64,000 bases of DNA from Deltaproteobacteria bacterium (lineage in GTDB: Bacteria > Myxococcota_A > Polyangia > Haliangiales > SHYZ01), in the NCBI GenBank assembly GCA_016210055.1, contig JACQUZ010000088.1, positions 6,446 through 70,445 of the forward strand, written 5' to 3'. Positions within the stretch are counted from its first letter, which is position 1; each line of letters starts with the position of its first letter. The notes below the pieces were generated by a model. The model was not told the origin of the DNA, searched no databases, and saw only the letters and a list, made by a program, of their open reading frames with translations. A program made the translations under genes and the position numbers. Shown piece after piece: positions 9,530 through 17,376 of the stretch.

Positions 9530-10148
9530 CTAGGGGTGAGACGCAACCTTTGGAGCTTCGCTCACGCGTTGAATGGCGAGGATGTCCTCGTCGCCAGGAC
9601 GGAGAACGGCGCGGAGGTGCCTGCGTGCCGCAGCTTCGTCCGGGGACTTCGCAAGGTACGCCAATGCAGCCTGGGAACGGATGGCGTAGCTTGGGTGCGC
9701 CTTGGCGATCTCGAGCAGCATGTCGAGTGCTCCCGTGCTGCTCATGCCTGCGAGCCCCTCGATCCCCCGAATCGCGGCAAGCCTGGTGGTGTCCTCCATG
9801 ACGAGAGGCGAGTTCTCGTCATGGGAGTTCCCTCGCTCGATTGTCACGGGGGCGGGATCGTCCCAGATCGCGGATCGGAATAGGCTCAGCGCTGTTGGGT
9901 GCTCGAGCTCTGATGCCACGTGCAGGACGACCCAGCGGGCCTTAAAGAAATGGGGGGGGAGCTCGGCAAGGTCCTCTTCGAGGATCTTGACCGCGTCTTC
10001 GGCGACTTGCCTAAGTGCATGTAGGGTGGCTTGGTATCGTTCGCCTTTCCGGGCTTCGCGCCGTTGGTAAGAGGAAAAGAAGGCAAGTCCCCGATCCAAG
10101 GGCAATGATGGCCACGAGAGTCCAGCGGGCAAGTCGCGCTCTATCCAT
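9530..10148 (-). pseudogene. Probable frameshifted gene for a membrane-anchored HEAT-repeat-like protein
   Basis: GGAGG RBS plus ATG 10148 gives MDRARLARWTLVAIIALGSGTCLLFLL..., stopping at 10011-10013. The helical HEAT-like body (RYQATLHALRQ...TRLAAIRGIEGL...IRSQAALAY) is in a different frame ending at 9530. Confidence 0.55.
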
Positions 10149-10176
10149 GAAAGTCCTCCCCAATGGAGGTACCTAT

Positions 10177-10192
10177 TACGAAAGGCGTGCCA
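10177..10192 (-). promoter_or_regulatory. sigma54-like -24/-12 element upstream of ATG 10148
   Basis: TGGCACG-CCTT-TCGTA: perfect -24 half, imperfect -12. Confidence 0.35.
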
Positions 10193-10416
10193 CCAAGGCC
10201 GCGATCGGATAACCGCGCCTTTTTGACGGGATAGGTCTCGGGAGGAAGGGCAGGTGTGGCTTATGGGGCAACGGATTGGGGCTGCAATGTGGACTCCCAG
10301 GCCACGCCACAGGTACCGAATGATGGGCACCTGCTTCTGGTCTCGCGGGGTCCAATTGGCAATTGTGCGCAGTAGGTATTGCGCGCGTTGATCAAGGTGA
10401 GGGTGTTCTGGATATT

Positions 10417-10447
10417 GTTGACCAAAGAGCCAATTCAACCATAAAAT
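10417..10447 (+). promoter_or_regulatory. sigma70-type promoter of the methyltransferase-kinase operon, overlapped by an inverted repeat
   Basis: TTGACC-N18-TAAAAT; GTTGA-N13-TCAAC palindrome across the -35 and spacer. Confidence 0.55.
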
Positions 10448-10532
10448 GCCGGCCGGCTTAGTTCTGGACAAGACTGCGTGCGGTGTCCGTGCCCTGGGAG
10501 ACATGAGGGCATGATCAGAAACGGGACGGACG

Positions 10533-11996
10533 ATGACGTTACCTGCCGAGCAACGAAATCGTTTTGATCGCAGGCTCCGGGAGAGGCGTCTCCGCGTGGT
10601 TGACCTTAGAGTGGGACCCATCTGCGCCCACGCAAGCCACGCTGCCTTGGGCACCGTGGTAGCGTCGGTCGAGGATCTATCCCTACATGGACTTGCGCTC
10701 GTTATCGATGGCCAGGCTGGCGGATCCGAGCTGGTCCATGCAGGCGATCGACTGGATAGGCTGACGTTGTCCAGCGCTGACGGGCTCGTCTACGAGGGAG
10801 CCGCGGTCGTGCGGCACGTCGGCGAGCGGACCGGCGCCCTGATAGCGGGACTCGAGCTCGAAGGCCCGGGGATTGACCTGGCTGCATTGCACCGTCGTGG
10901 TGCCCGGTCGAGCTTCTCAGAAAGGTGGGAAGAAACCCACCACGCGGCCCAGCACGCCCGGGTACGTCCTGACTTCAAGCGTTGGGTCGCGGAGCTTCGC
11001 ACGTACCTGGAGGTCACAAGAGATTTCCTGTGTGCCGAGGAGAATTCCATCCGGGCCGAGGATAGCCTGACACGCGACGAAGCGCTCGCTGAGTACCTCC
11101 ACGCGGCAGCCCCCGCCTTTGTTGCGAGGATGAACCACGCCAGTGAGTCGCTCGCACGGCTTGTGGGCGGTTTTGGTGAGGATGAGCATGCCGAGCATCG
11201 GGCGTATTGCCGTGCCCACTTGGCCCCTCTCCTAGCGAGCTCTCCATTCATGCGCCGCGCCTATGAGAAGCCGCTTGGCTATGCCGGCGACTTCGAAATG
11301 ATGAACATGCTTTACCGGGAGCATGCCGAGGGGGAAGGCATGTTCGGCAAGCTTCTCAACCTGTACGCCACTCAAGAGATCGCCGCCCGCGCGAACATCA
11401 ATCGGATTTCGTACTTGGTCGAAAAGATACGTGCGGCGATTCGGGCCACGAGGGGGCGGCGCCTGCGTGTCGCGAGCATCGGCTGCGGACCGGCGCGCGA
11501 AATCATGTCCTTGCTGGAGGAGCAGCCAGTTCTTGGTGGGGCGCTCGATGTCATGCTCCTCGATCAGGAGGAACGGACAATTGCCCACTGCGAGCGCACG
11601 TTGGTCCCTCTGGCAAAACGCACGGGTGCCCGCATTCAGTTGATTCGCGAGTCGATCCGACGGCTCCTCACCGGCCATCGACTGTCGAGCGCGCTGGGCG
11701 AGCAAGACCTCATCTACAGCGCGGGGTTATTTGATTATCTCAATGAAAGAAGCTTCCGGAGCTTGCTCTCTTCCCTGCATGGCGCCCTAGTCAAGGGTGG
11801 GCTCCTCGTCGTCGGCAACGTGGCGGCGCACAACCCCTCGCGCCACGCCATGGAGTATTTCAGCGATTGGTTCCTGATCCACCGATCAGAAGCCGAGCTC
11901 AGGGAAATGACGAGCCACTTGTTGCCGACACCCGCGGGCTACCGCGTCGAGGCCGAGCCGCTCGGGGTCAATCTCTTCCTCGTCGTCCACAGGTAA
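10533..11996 (+). CDS. PhcB-like class I SAM-dependent methyltransferase with N-terminal PilZ-like domain (putative signal synthase)
   Basis: RLRER and DLSLHG (RxxxR, DxSxxG); RAYEKPLGYAGDFEMMNMLY; SAM motif I VASIGCGPARE; DLIYSAGLFDYL; LVVGN; DWFLIHRS. Confidence 0.75.
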   Translation: MTLPAEQRNRFDRRLRERRLRVVDLRVGPICAHASHAALGTVVASVEDLSLHGLALVIDGQAGGSELVHAGDRLDRLTLSSADGLVYEGAAVVRHVGERTGALIAGLELEGPGIDLAALHRRGARSSFSERWEETHHAAQHARVRPDFKRWVAELRTYLEVTRDFLCAEENSIRAEDSLTRDEALAEYLHAAAPAFVARMNHASESLARLVGGFGEDEHAEHRAYCRAHLAPLLASSPFMRRAYEKPLGYAGDFEMMNMLYREHAEGEGMFGKLLNLYATQEIAARANINRISYLVEKIRAAIRATRGRRLRVASIGCGPAREIMSLLEEQPVLGGALDVMLLDQEERTIAHCERTLVPLAKRTGARIQLIRESIRRLLTGHRLSSALGEQDLIYSAGLFDYLNERSFRSLLSSLHGALVKGGLLVVGNVAAHNPSRHAMEYFSDWFLIHRSEAELREMTSHLLPTPAGYRVEAEPLGVNLFLVVHR

Positions 11997-12002
11997 CTTG
12001 CG

Positions 12003-14552
12003 ATGAGCGCTGGTGAATCGTTCGAAGCCAGCATCTCGCAGCGCAACGTGCGCGGGGCGAGGCTCGGCTGCATGCTGGTGGCGATCCTCATGCCGGTGGG
12101 GACCCTGCTCGATCTTGTCACGCAGCGTGACAAGCTTGGGGAGTTCCTGCTGCTTCGGCTTTGTGCTTCGGCTTTTGCGCTTGTCGTGCTCCTTACGACC
12201 CGCGCTCCCTGGGCGCGGAAGCACGCTTTTCTCCTGGGCGCTGCGCCGGCAATATTCTGCGCGGCTATCATCGAAGTCATGGTGGAGGCCCTCGGCGGTT
12301 ACTCGTCGCCGTACTACGCCGGCCTCAACCTGTGCATCCTCGGCGTGGGGTTGGTATTCACCTGGCGCCTCTACCAGGCGGCGCTCGTGTGCGTCCTCAT
12401 TATTGCGATGTGGCTTATCCCGCCACTCATGGGCGGGAAGCCCATCGACTTGGGGCCTTTTTTTAATAACCTCTATTTCCTCATCCTCACCTCGGTGATT
12501 GCGGTGGCGTCCAACGAGAGCCGTTACACCGCCGCACGGCGAGAGCACGATGCGCGCATGCAGCTCGCCCACACGACGGGAGAGCTTTGTGCGGCCCTCG
12601 ACCGCCTTCAGGAGCTGGACCGCGTAAAGAGCCAGTTCTTCGCGAGCATCTCCCATGAGCTCAGGACGCCTTTGACGCTCATCTTGGCTCCCGTCGAGGA
12701 GCTCATCGCGCGCACCGAGACTGGGGCAGTGCGGGACACGCTCCTCATGATACGGCGCAACGCCGAGAGGCTGCTGCGGCTGATTGACGATCTCCTCGAT
12801 CTTGCCCGCCTCGAGGCGGGGGGCCTCCGCCTGCAAGTCGGGCCCGTGGATCTGCGGGCGCTGGCCGCTCAAGTCGTGGAGGCGTGCAGGCCGACCGCAG
12901 AGGCCAAGCGAATCGAGCTCGGATTTCATGTCGAGCCAGGGGTGGAGGGAATTCACGGCGATCCACACCGCCTGGAGATGGTCCTCACGAACTTGATCGG
13001 AAACGCGCTGAAGTTCACGCCGCAAGGAGGGCGCATCCGAGTGACCGTGTGCCCGACAAGAGGTGGAGCGAGCGTGCTCGTGTCGGACAACGGTCCAGGA
13101 ATTGCCGAGGCCGACCTCCCGTTCATCTTCGATAGGTTCTACCAGGCGGATGGCGGCGGCGATCGCGCGCAGGGAGGCGTCGGCATCGGGTTGGCGCTGG
13201 CCAAGGAGCTCACGGAGCTGCACGAAGGCACCCTCTCGGTCGAAAGCGAGCTAGGCGTTGCTACGACCTTCACCCTCTGGCTTCCCAAGGGGCGCGATCA
13301 CTTCCGCCCCGAAGTGATCGAGCGCCGGCGAGGCGTCGTCGAAGGGCACCTCGGATGGCGATCGAGCGACTCCAAGCCTCACGCTCGAGGGGAGCCGACA
13401 CCCCTTAGAGTCTCCACCGAGACGCTCGAGCTGCCCGACGATGGGCCACTCCTCCTCGACGGCTCTCGCCGTCCGCGGATAGTCGTCGCCGAGGACCAGG
13501 ACGACCTGCGTGCGTTTGTTCGCGACGTGTTGTCGGAGGAGTTCGACGTGCTGTGCGCCGCTGACGGTGAGGAGGCGCTTGTCCTCGTCAAGCGGGAAGT
13601 TCCCGACCTAGTTCTCTCGGACGTCATGATGCCCGGCAAGACGGGCACCGAGCTCTGTCGTGAAATCAAGAACGACGAGGCGCTCAAGAACACGCCCGTC
13701 ATTCTCCTCACCGCTCGGGTGGGCTCCGACGCGGCGCTCGAGGGGTATGCGATTGGCGCCGACGACTACGTGATCAAGCCATTCCATGCGCGCGTGCTGG
13801 TGGCACGGATCAGGGCTCAGCTCCGCTTGCGGGCCCTCGGGCTCAAGCTCGCCGCTAGGGAGAAGCTGGCCGCCGTCGGGACCTTGGCCGCGGGAGTCGC
13901 CCATGAGGTGCGCAATCCGGTAAACGCCATCATCAACGCAGCGCAGGTGCTCCGAGACCAGGCACTCTCAACGCCAGCGACCAAGCGCCTGCTCGAGGTC
14001 ATCATGGACGCGGGCGAGCGAATCTCGTCCATCACGTCGGCCCTCACGGAACACGCACGCCCCGCCGAAGCAGGAAAGACGTCAATATGTGATGTCCGCG
14101 CGGGACTCGACGCGACCTTGCGCCTCTTGGAGTTTCGCATGTCGGGGGTGGAGGTCGAGAAACGGTATGAGTCAGATCGCATGGTCGTCGCGCCTCCAGG
14201 TGAGCTCAACCAGGTGTTCCTGAACCTCCTGGACAACGCGCTGCGCGCCAACGCCAGGCATATCCGAGTCCAGGTGGCCGACCAAGCCGATCGAGTCGTC
14301 GTGCGCATAGGCGACGATGGGCCTGGAGTGCCGCAAGGGGTCGTAGAGCGAATCTTCGATCCCTTCTTCACCACCCGAGCACCAGGGGAGGGTACTGGGC
14401 TCGGTCTGTTCCTGTCACAACGAATCGTGAAGAAACATGGCGGCGACCTCCGACTCGAGCGGTCCAAGGGGACGGGCGCAGTGTTCGCCGTTGAATTGCC
14501 AGCCGAGGTGGGAACATGGCTTCGATCCTGTACGTCGACGACGACACATTGA
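12003..14552 (+). CDS. Membrane hybrid histidine kinase (TM sensor-HisKA-HATPase-REC-HisKA-HATPase), PhcS-like sensor
   Basis: About 6 TM helices including GGYSSPYYAGLNL; SHELRTP, NLIGNALKF, GVGIGL; receiver EDQDD/LSDVMMP/KPF; second AHEVRNP, NLLDNA, GTGLGL. Confidence 0.92.
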   Translation: MSAGESFEASISQRNVRGARLGCMLVAILMPVGTLLDLVTQRDKLGEFLLLRLCASAFALVVLLTTRAPWARKHAFLLGAAPAIFCAAIIEVMVEALGGYSSPYYAGLNLCILGVGLVFTWRLYQAALVCVLIIAMWLIPPLMGGKPIDLGPFFNNLYFLILTSVIAVASNESRYTAARREHDARMQLAHTTGELCAALDRLQELDRVKSQFFASISHELRTPLTLILAPVEELIARTETGAVRDTLLMIRRNAERLLRLIDDLLDLARLEAGGLRLQVGPVDLRALAAQVVEACRPTAEAKRIELGFHVEPGVEGIHGDPHRLEMVLTNLIGNALKFTPQGGRIRVTVCPTRGGASVLVSDNGPGIAEADLPFIFDRFYQADGGGDRAQGGVGIGLALAKELTELHEGTLSVESELGVATTFTLWLPKGRDHFRPEVIERRRGVVEGHLGWRSSDSKPHARGEPTPLRVSTETLELPDDGPLLLDGSRRPRIVVAEDQDDLRAFVRDVLSEEFDVLCAADGEEALVLVKREVPDLVLSDVMMPGKTGTELCREIKNDEALKNTPVILLTARVGSDAALEGYAIGADDYVIKPFHARVLVARIRAQLRLRALGLKLAAREKLAAVGTLAAGVAHEVRNPVNAIINAAQVLRDQALSTPATKRLLEVIMDAGERISSITSALTEHARPAEAGKTSICDVRAGLDATLRLLEFRMSGVEVEKRYESDRMVVAPPGELNQVFLNLLDNALRANARHIRVQVADQADRVVVRIGDDGPGVPQGVVERIFDPFFTTRAPGEGTGLGLFLSQRIVKKHGGDLRLERSKGTGAVFAVELPAEVGTWLRSCTSTTTH

Positions 14553-15649
14553 ACCTGACGGTGTTTGAAGCCGCCTGCGCCGGGGACTTCTCGATCCTCA
14601 CGGCCACCAACGCCGACGTGGCCCTGGGGATGATGCGGAGGCACGAAGTGGGCGTCCTGCTCACGGATCAGCGCATGCCTGGGATGTCTGGGATCGAGCT
14701 GGCAGAGCTGGTCAAGAACGAGTTTCCGGATACGATCCGAATGCTCGTCACGGCATACTCGGATCTCAACGCCACGGTCGATGCCATAAACCGGGGACAG
14801 GTCCTTAGGTACCTCCGCAAGCCCTGGGATCCGAGAGAGCTCAAGAACTCGCTCCACGAAGCGCTCGGCGTTTATGAGATGAACCGTCGGATTCGGGAGC
14901 TCGAGCGTCGGCTCGTGGAGACCGAGCGCGTCTATGCCCTCGGCATCGTCGCGGCCGGCATCGCCCACGAAATCCGCAATCCGATGAACTGGATCGTGAA
15001 CAACCTGGCCATGGCCCAGGACAACTTGCGCGAAATAGGCGAGCTCATCCCAGCCGAGGATCCACGCGGCCAGGCTGTGTACGCACGCCTTCGCGACCTC
15101 GAGGAGGAGGTCTCGGACGCATTGCAAGGGGCGGCACGGATCACTGACATCGCCAAGGGGATCGAGTTGTCGACCCGAACCCGACAGGAAGATGACGCCG
15201 TCGACCTCGCCGAGGTCTTGAGCCTCACGTTGAAGAGCGTTCTCGGTGAGCTGCGGCAAAGATCACAGCTCCGCCTCGACACGCGGCCGGTACCCAAGAT
15301 TCGCGGGTCCCGAACCAAGCTCGGACAGGTCATCTTGAACTTGGTCGTCAACGCCATCCAGGCGCTACCCAGGCGTCCCCAGGCTGAGAACCTGATTGGT
15401 ATCAAGCTGGCTCCCGAAGGATCGCGGGTGCGCCTCGAGGTGGAGGACAACGGGACTGGCATCTCGGTCGAGCACCTGGATCGAATTTTTGATCCCTTTT
15501 TCACCACCAAGGCCGACAGCGGTACCGGGTTGGGATTAGCGATTTCCAAGAAGATCGTGGAGGAGATGGGCGGAGAGATCCAAGTCCAGAGCGAGCCTGG
15601 CCGTGGGACGCGATTCCAGATCACGTGGCCCGCGCTGGCGTCCTCTTGA
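14516..15649 (+). CDS. Receiver-histidine kinase hybrid (REC-HisKA-HATPase), PhcR-like architecture
   Basis: YVDDD, LTDQRMPGMSG, KPWD; AHEIRNP, NLVVNAIQA, DPFFTTK, GTGLGL; overlaps the upstream kinase by 37 nt. Confidence 0.92.
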   Translation: MASILYVDDDTLNLTVFEAACAGDFSILTATNADVALGMMRRHEVGVLLTDQRMPGMSGIELAELVKNEFPDTIRMLVTAYSDLNATVDAINRGQVLRYLRKPWDPRELKNSLHEALGVYEMNRRIRELERRLVETERVYALGIVAAGIAHEIRNPMNWIVNNLAMAQDNLREIGELIPAEDPRGQAVYARLRDLEEEVSDALQGAARITDIAKGIELSTRTRQEDDAVDLAEVLSLTLKSVLGELRQRSQLRLDTRPVPKIRGSRTKLGQVILNLVVNAIQALPRRPQAENLIGIKLAPEGSRVRLEVEDNGTGISVEHLDRIFDPFFTTKADSGTGLGLAISKKIVEEMGGEIQVQSEPGRGTRFQITWPALASS

Positions 15650-15695
15650 TCAATTCGCCGGATGGTCCCGGCGCACCGCATGCTAGAGTGCCGCC

Positions 15696-16814
15696 GTGTC
15701 GCCCGCCGATGAGCTTGCTCTCTTGCTCCGCCCCGCTGGTGGCGGGCTCTACCTGGTGTCTACTGGCCGCGCGGAGCAAGTGGCGCTTCAGCGCCGCCTG
15801 TACGGCGCACGCGACGAGGCCGAGGTGCAGGACAGGTTCCTCCGCGCTCTTTCGCAAGTGGCCTCGGCGCGCGCGGTGATCCTCGGAATCCCCTCGGACG
15901 TGGGCGCCGGCTACCAACGCGGCGCGAACCTTGGGCCGCAGGCAATCCGCGCCCGCCTGCTCGACGACGAGCCAGGGTTCTTCTCGCGCCTCGCCTCCGA
16001 AGGCGTGGTGGACATCGGCGACGTTTTTGTCGTGCCTCAGCTCCTCCACGACGACATGCTGAGCGAGGAGCAGAAACGGGCGACGCGACGCGCCTTGTAT
16101 CCCGTGCTGGCGGCCCATGAGGCAAAAGGCTTCCCCGTGTCTCCCCTGTCCATTGCAGAACGGGCGCTCGACCTGGTGTTCCAGCTCAACCCGAGCGTGG
16201 CGCCCCTGATCATCGGAGGGGACCACTCGACGGCGTGGCCCGTGGTCGCGGCCATGGCTCGCGTGCGTCGTGAGACCTGGGGGATCGTTCAGATCGACGC
16301 GCACACGGATCTCCTGCCTGAGCGGCTCGGGGTCCGCTATTGCTTTGCGACGTGGTCGTACCATGCCAATGAGCTCCTCGGGCGAAGAGGGCGGCTCGTG
16401 CAGGTTGGGACGCGTGCCTCGCGGCACGACCGAAGCCATTGGGAGAACGAGCTAGGCGTGCGCCAGTTCTGGGCACGGGAGTGCAACCGAGACCCGTCGG
16501 GCACGCTGGATGCCATCCTCGAGCACCTGCATGGCGTTGGGGTGAAAGGGGTCTACTTCTCGAACGACATCGATGGCACCGACGAAGCGCATGCGGACGC
16601 GACAGGTACCCCAGAGCCAGGTGGCTTGTCTCCTTCGCTCGTCACGGAGCTCATTCGTAGACTTGGTCGAGAGATAGGTCTCATTGGCGGCGATCTCATG
16701 GAGGTAGCCCCCGCCCTTCGCCCTAGGCCAGACAGCTCCTCCCGCACCCTCGCGGTGGCCGGGACCTACTTCCGGGAGACCCTGGCGGCACTTCTCGGAA
16801 CCCCAAAACCATAG
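15696..16814 (+). CDS. Arginase/agmatinase (ureohydrolase) family protein
   Basis: GANLGPQAIR, GGDHS, DAHTD, SNDIDGTD, ATGTPEPGGL, DLMEVAP. Confidence 0.9.
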   Translation: MSPADELALLLRPAGGGLYLVSTGRAEQVALQRRLYGARDEAEVQDRFLRALSQVASARAVILGIPSDVGAGYQRGANLGPQAIRARLLDDEPGFFSRLASEGVVDIGDVFVVPQLLHDDMLSEEQKRATRRALYPVLAAHEAKGFPVSPLSIAERALDLVFQLNPSVAPLIIGGDHSTAWPVVAAMARVRRETWGIVQIDAHTDLLPERLGVRYCFATWSYHANELLGRRGRLVQVGTRASRHDRSHWENELGVRQFWARECNRDPSGTLDAILEHLHGVGVKGVYFSNDIDGTDEAHADATGTPEPGGLSPSLVTELIRRLGREIGLIGGDLMEVAPALRPRPDSSSRTLAVAGTYFRETLAALLGTPKP

Positions 16815-16837
16815 CTTGACTTGATGAAGGAGCACCC

Positions 16838-17365
16838 ATGACGGCCCCTGTTGGCGCTGACATCGAAGCCCTCTGCCACAAGTGCGGCGATTCCTGGCAT
16901 GTCGTTGTGGCCAAGGTCGGCGACCGCATCGCCAAGGTCCAATGCAAGCAGTGCGGTGGCCAGCACCGGTTCCGCTCTGTCGGTCCCCCGGTGGAAAAGA
17001 CCGCGCGCCCCCCGAAGACCGCGCGCCCTCCGGTGGAAAAGACCGCGCGCACTGTGAGGGCACGACCGGCTGGTGAAGGGCAGCGCCCTTCAAGAGAACG
17101 CCCGACGCCCGCAGCTCCCCAGCCATCCGTCGCGGCGAATGTCTCCCGGCCAATACGGCCCTACCGGCCTGCCGAGAGCTATGAGGTTGGAGATAGGATT
17201 TCACACCCGTCTTTTGGTGCGGGCGTCGTCGAAGCCTTTCCCGGTCCCGGGAAGATGCAGGTCTGGTTCGCGTCGGGACGCAAGATCTTGGCGCTTACCA
17301 AGGCGCCTTCCACGCTCCTTCCACCGCCGCCACGGACCGGCGAGGAGGAAGGAGAGCAGGGATAA
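16838..17365 (+). CDS. Zn-ribbon protein with C-terminal Tudor-like (UvrD/PcrA-CTD-like) domain
   Basis: AAGGAG RBS; CHKC...CKQC; Pro/Arg-rich linker; YEVGDRISHPSFGAGVV. Confidence 0.7.
   Translation: MTAPVGADIEALCHKCGDSWHVVVAKVGDRIAKVQCKQCGGQHRFRSVGPPVEKTARPPKTARPPVEKTARTVRARPAGEGQRPSRERPTPAAPQPSVAANVSRPIRPYRPAESYEVGDRISHPSFGAGVVEAFPGPGKMQVWFASGRKILALTKAPSTLLPPPPRTGEEEGEQG
16988..17050 (+). repeat. In-frame tandem repeat encoding PVEKTAR-PPKTAR-PPVEKTAR
   Basis: ccggtggaaaagaccgcgcgc at 16988 and 17030, flanking a partial copy aagaccgcgcgc. Confidence 0.85.
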
Positions 17366-17376
17366 GGAAACACCAG

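Noticed and set aside
10149-10654. N-terminal half of the 374-aa ORF 9530-10654
   Set aside because: It overlaps the divergent methyltransferase gene and its promoter, looks non-coding, and lacks an RBS; the RBS-backed start is at 10148 in another frame
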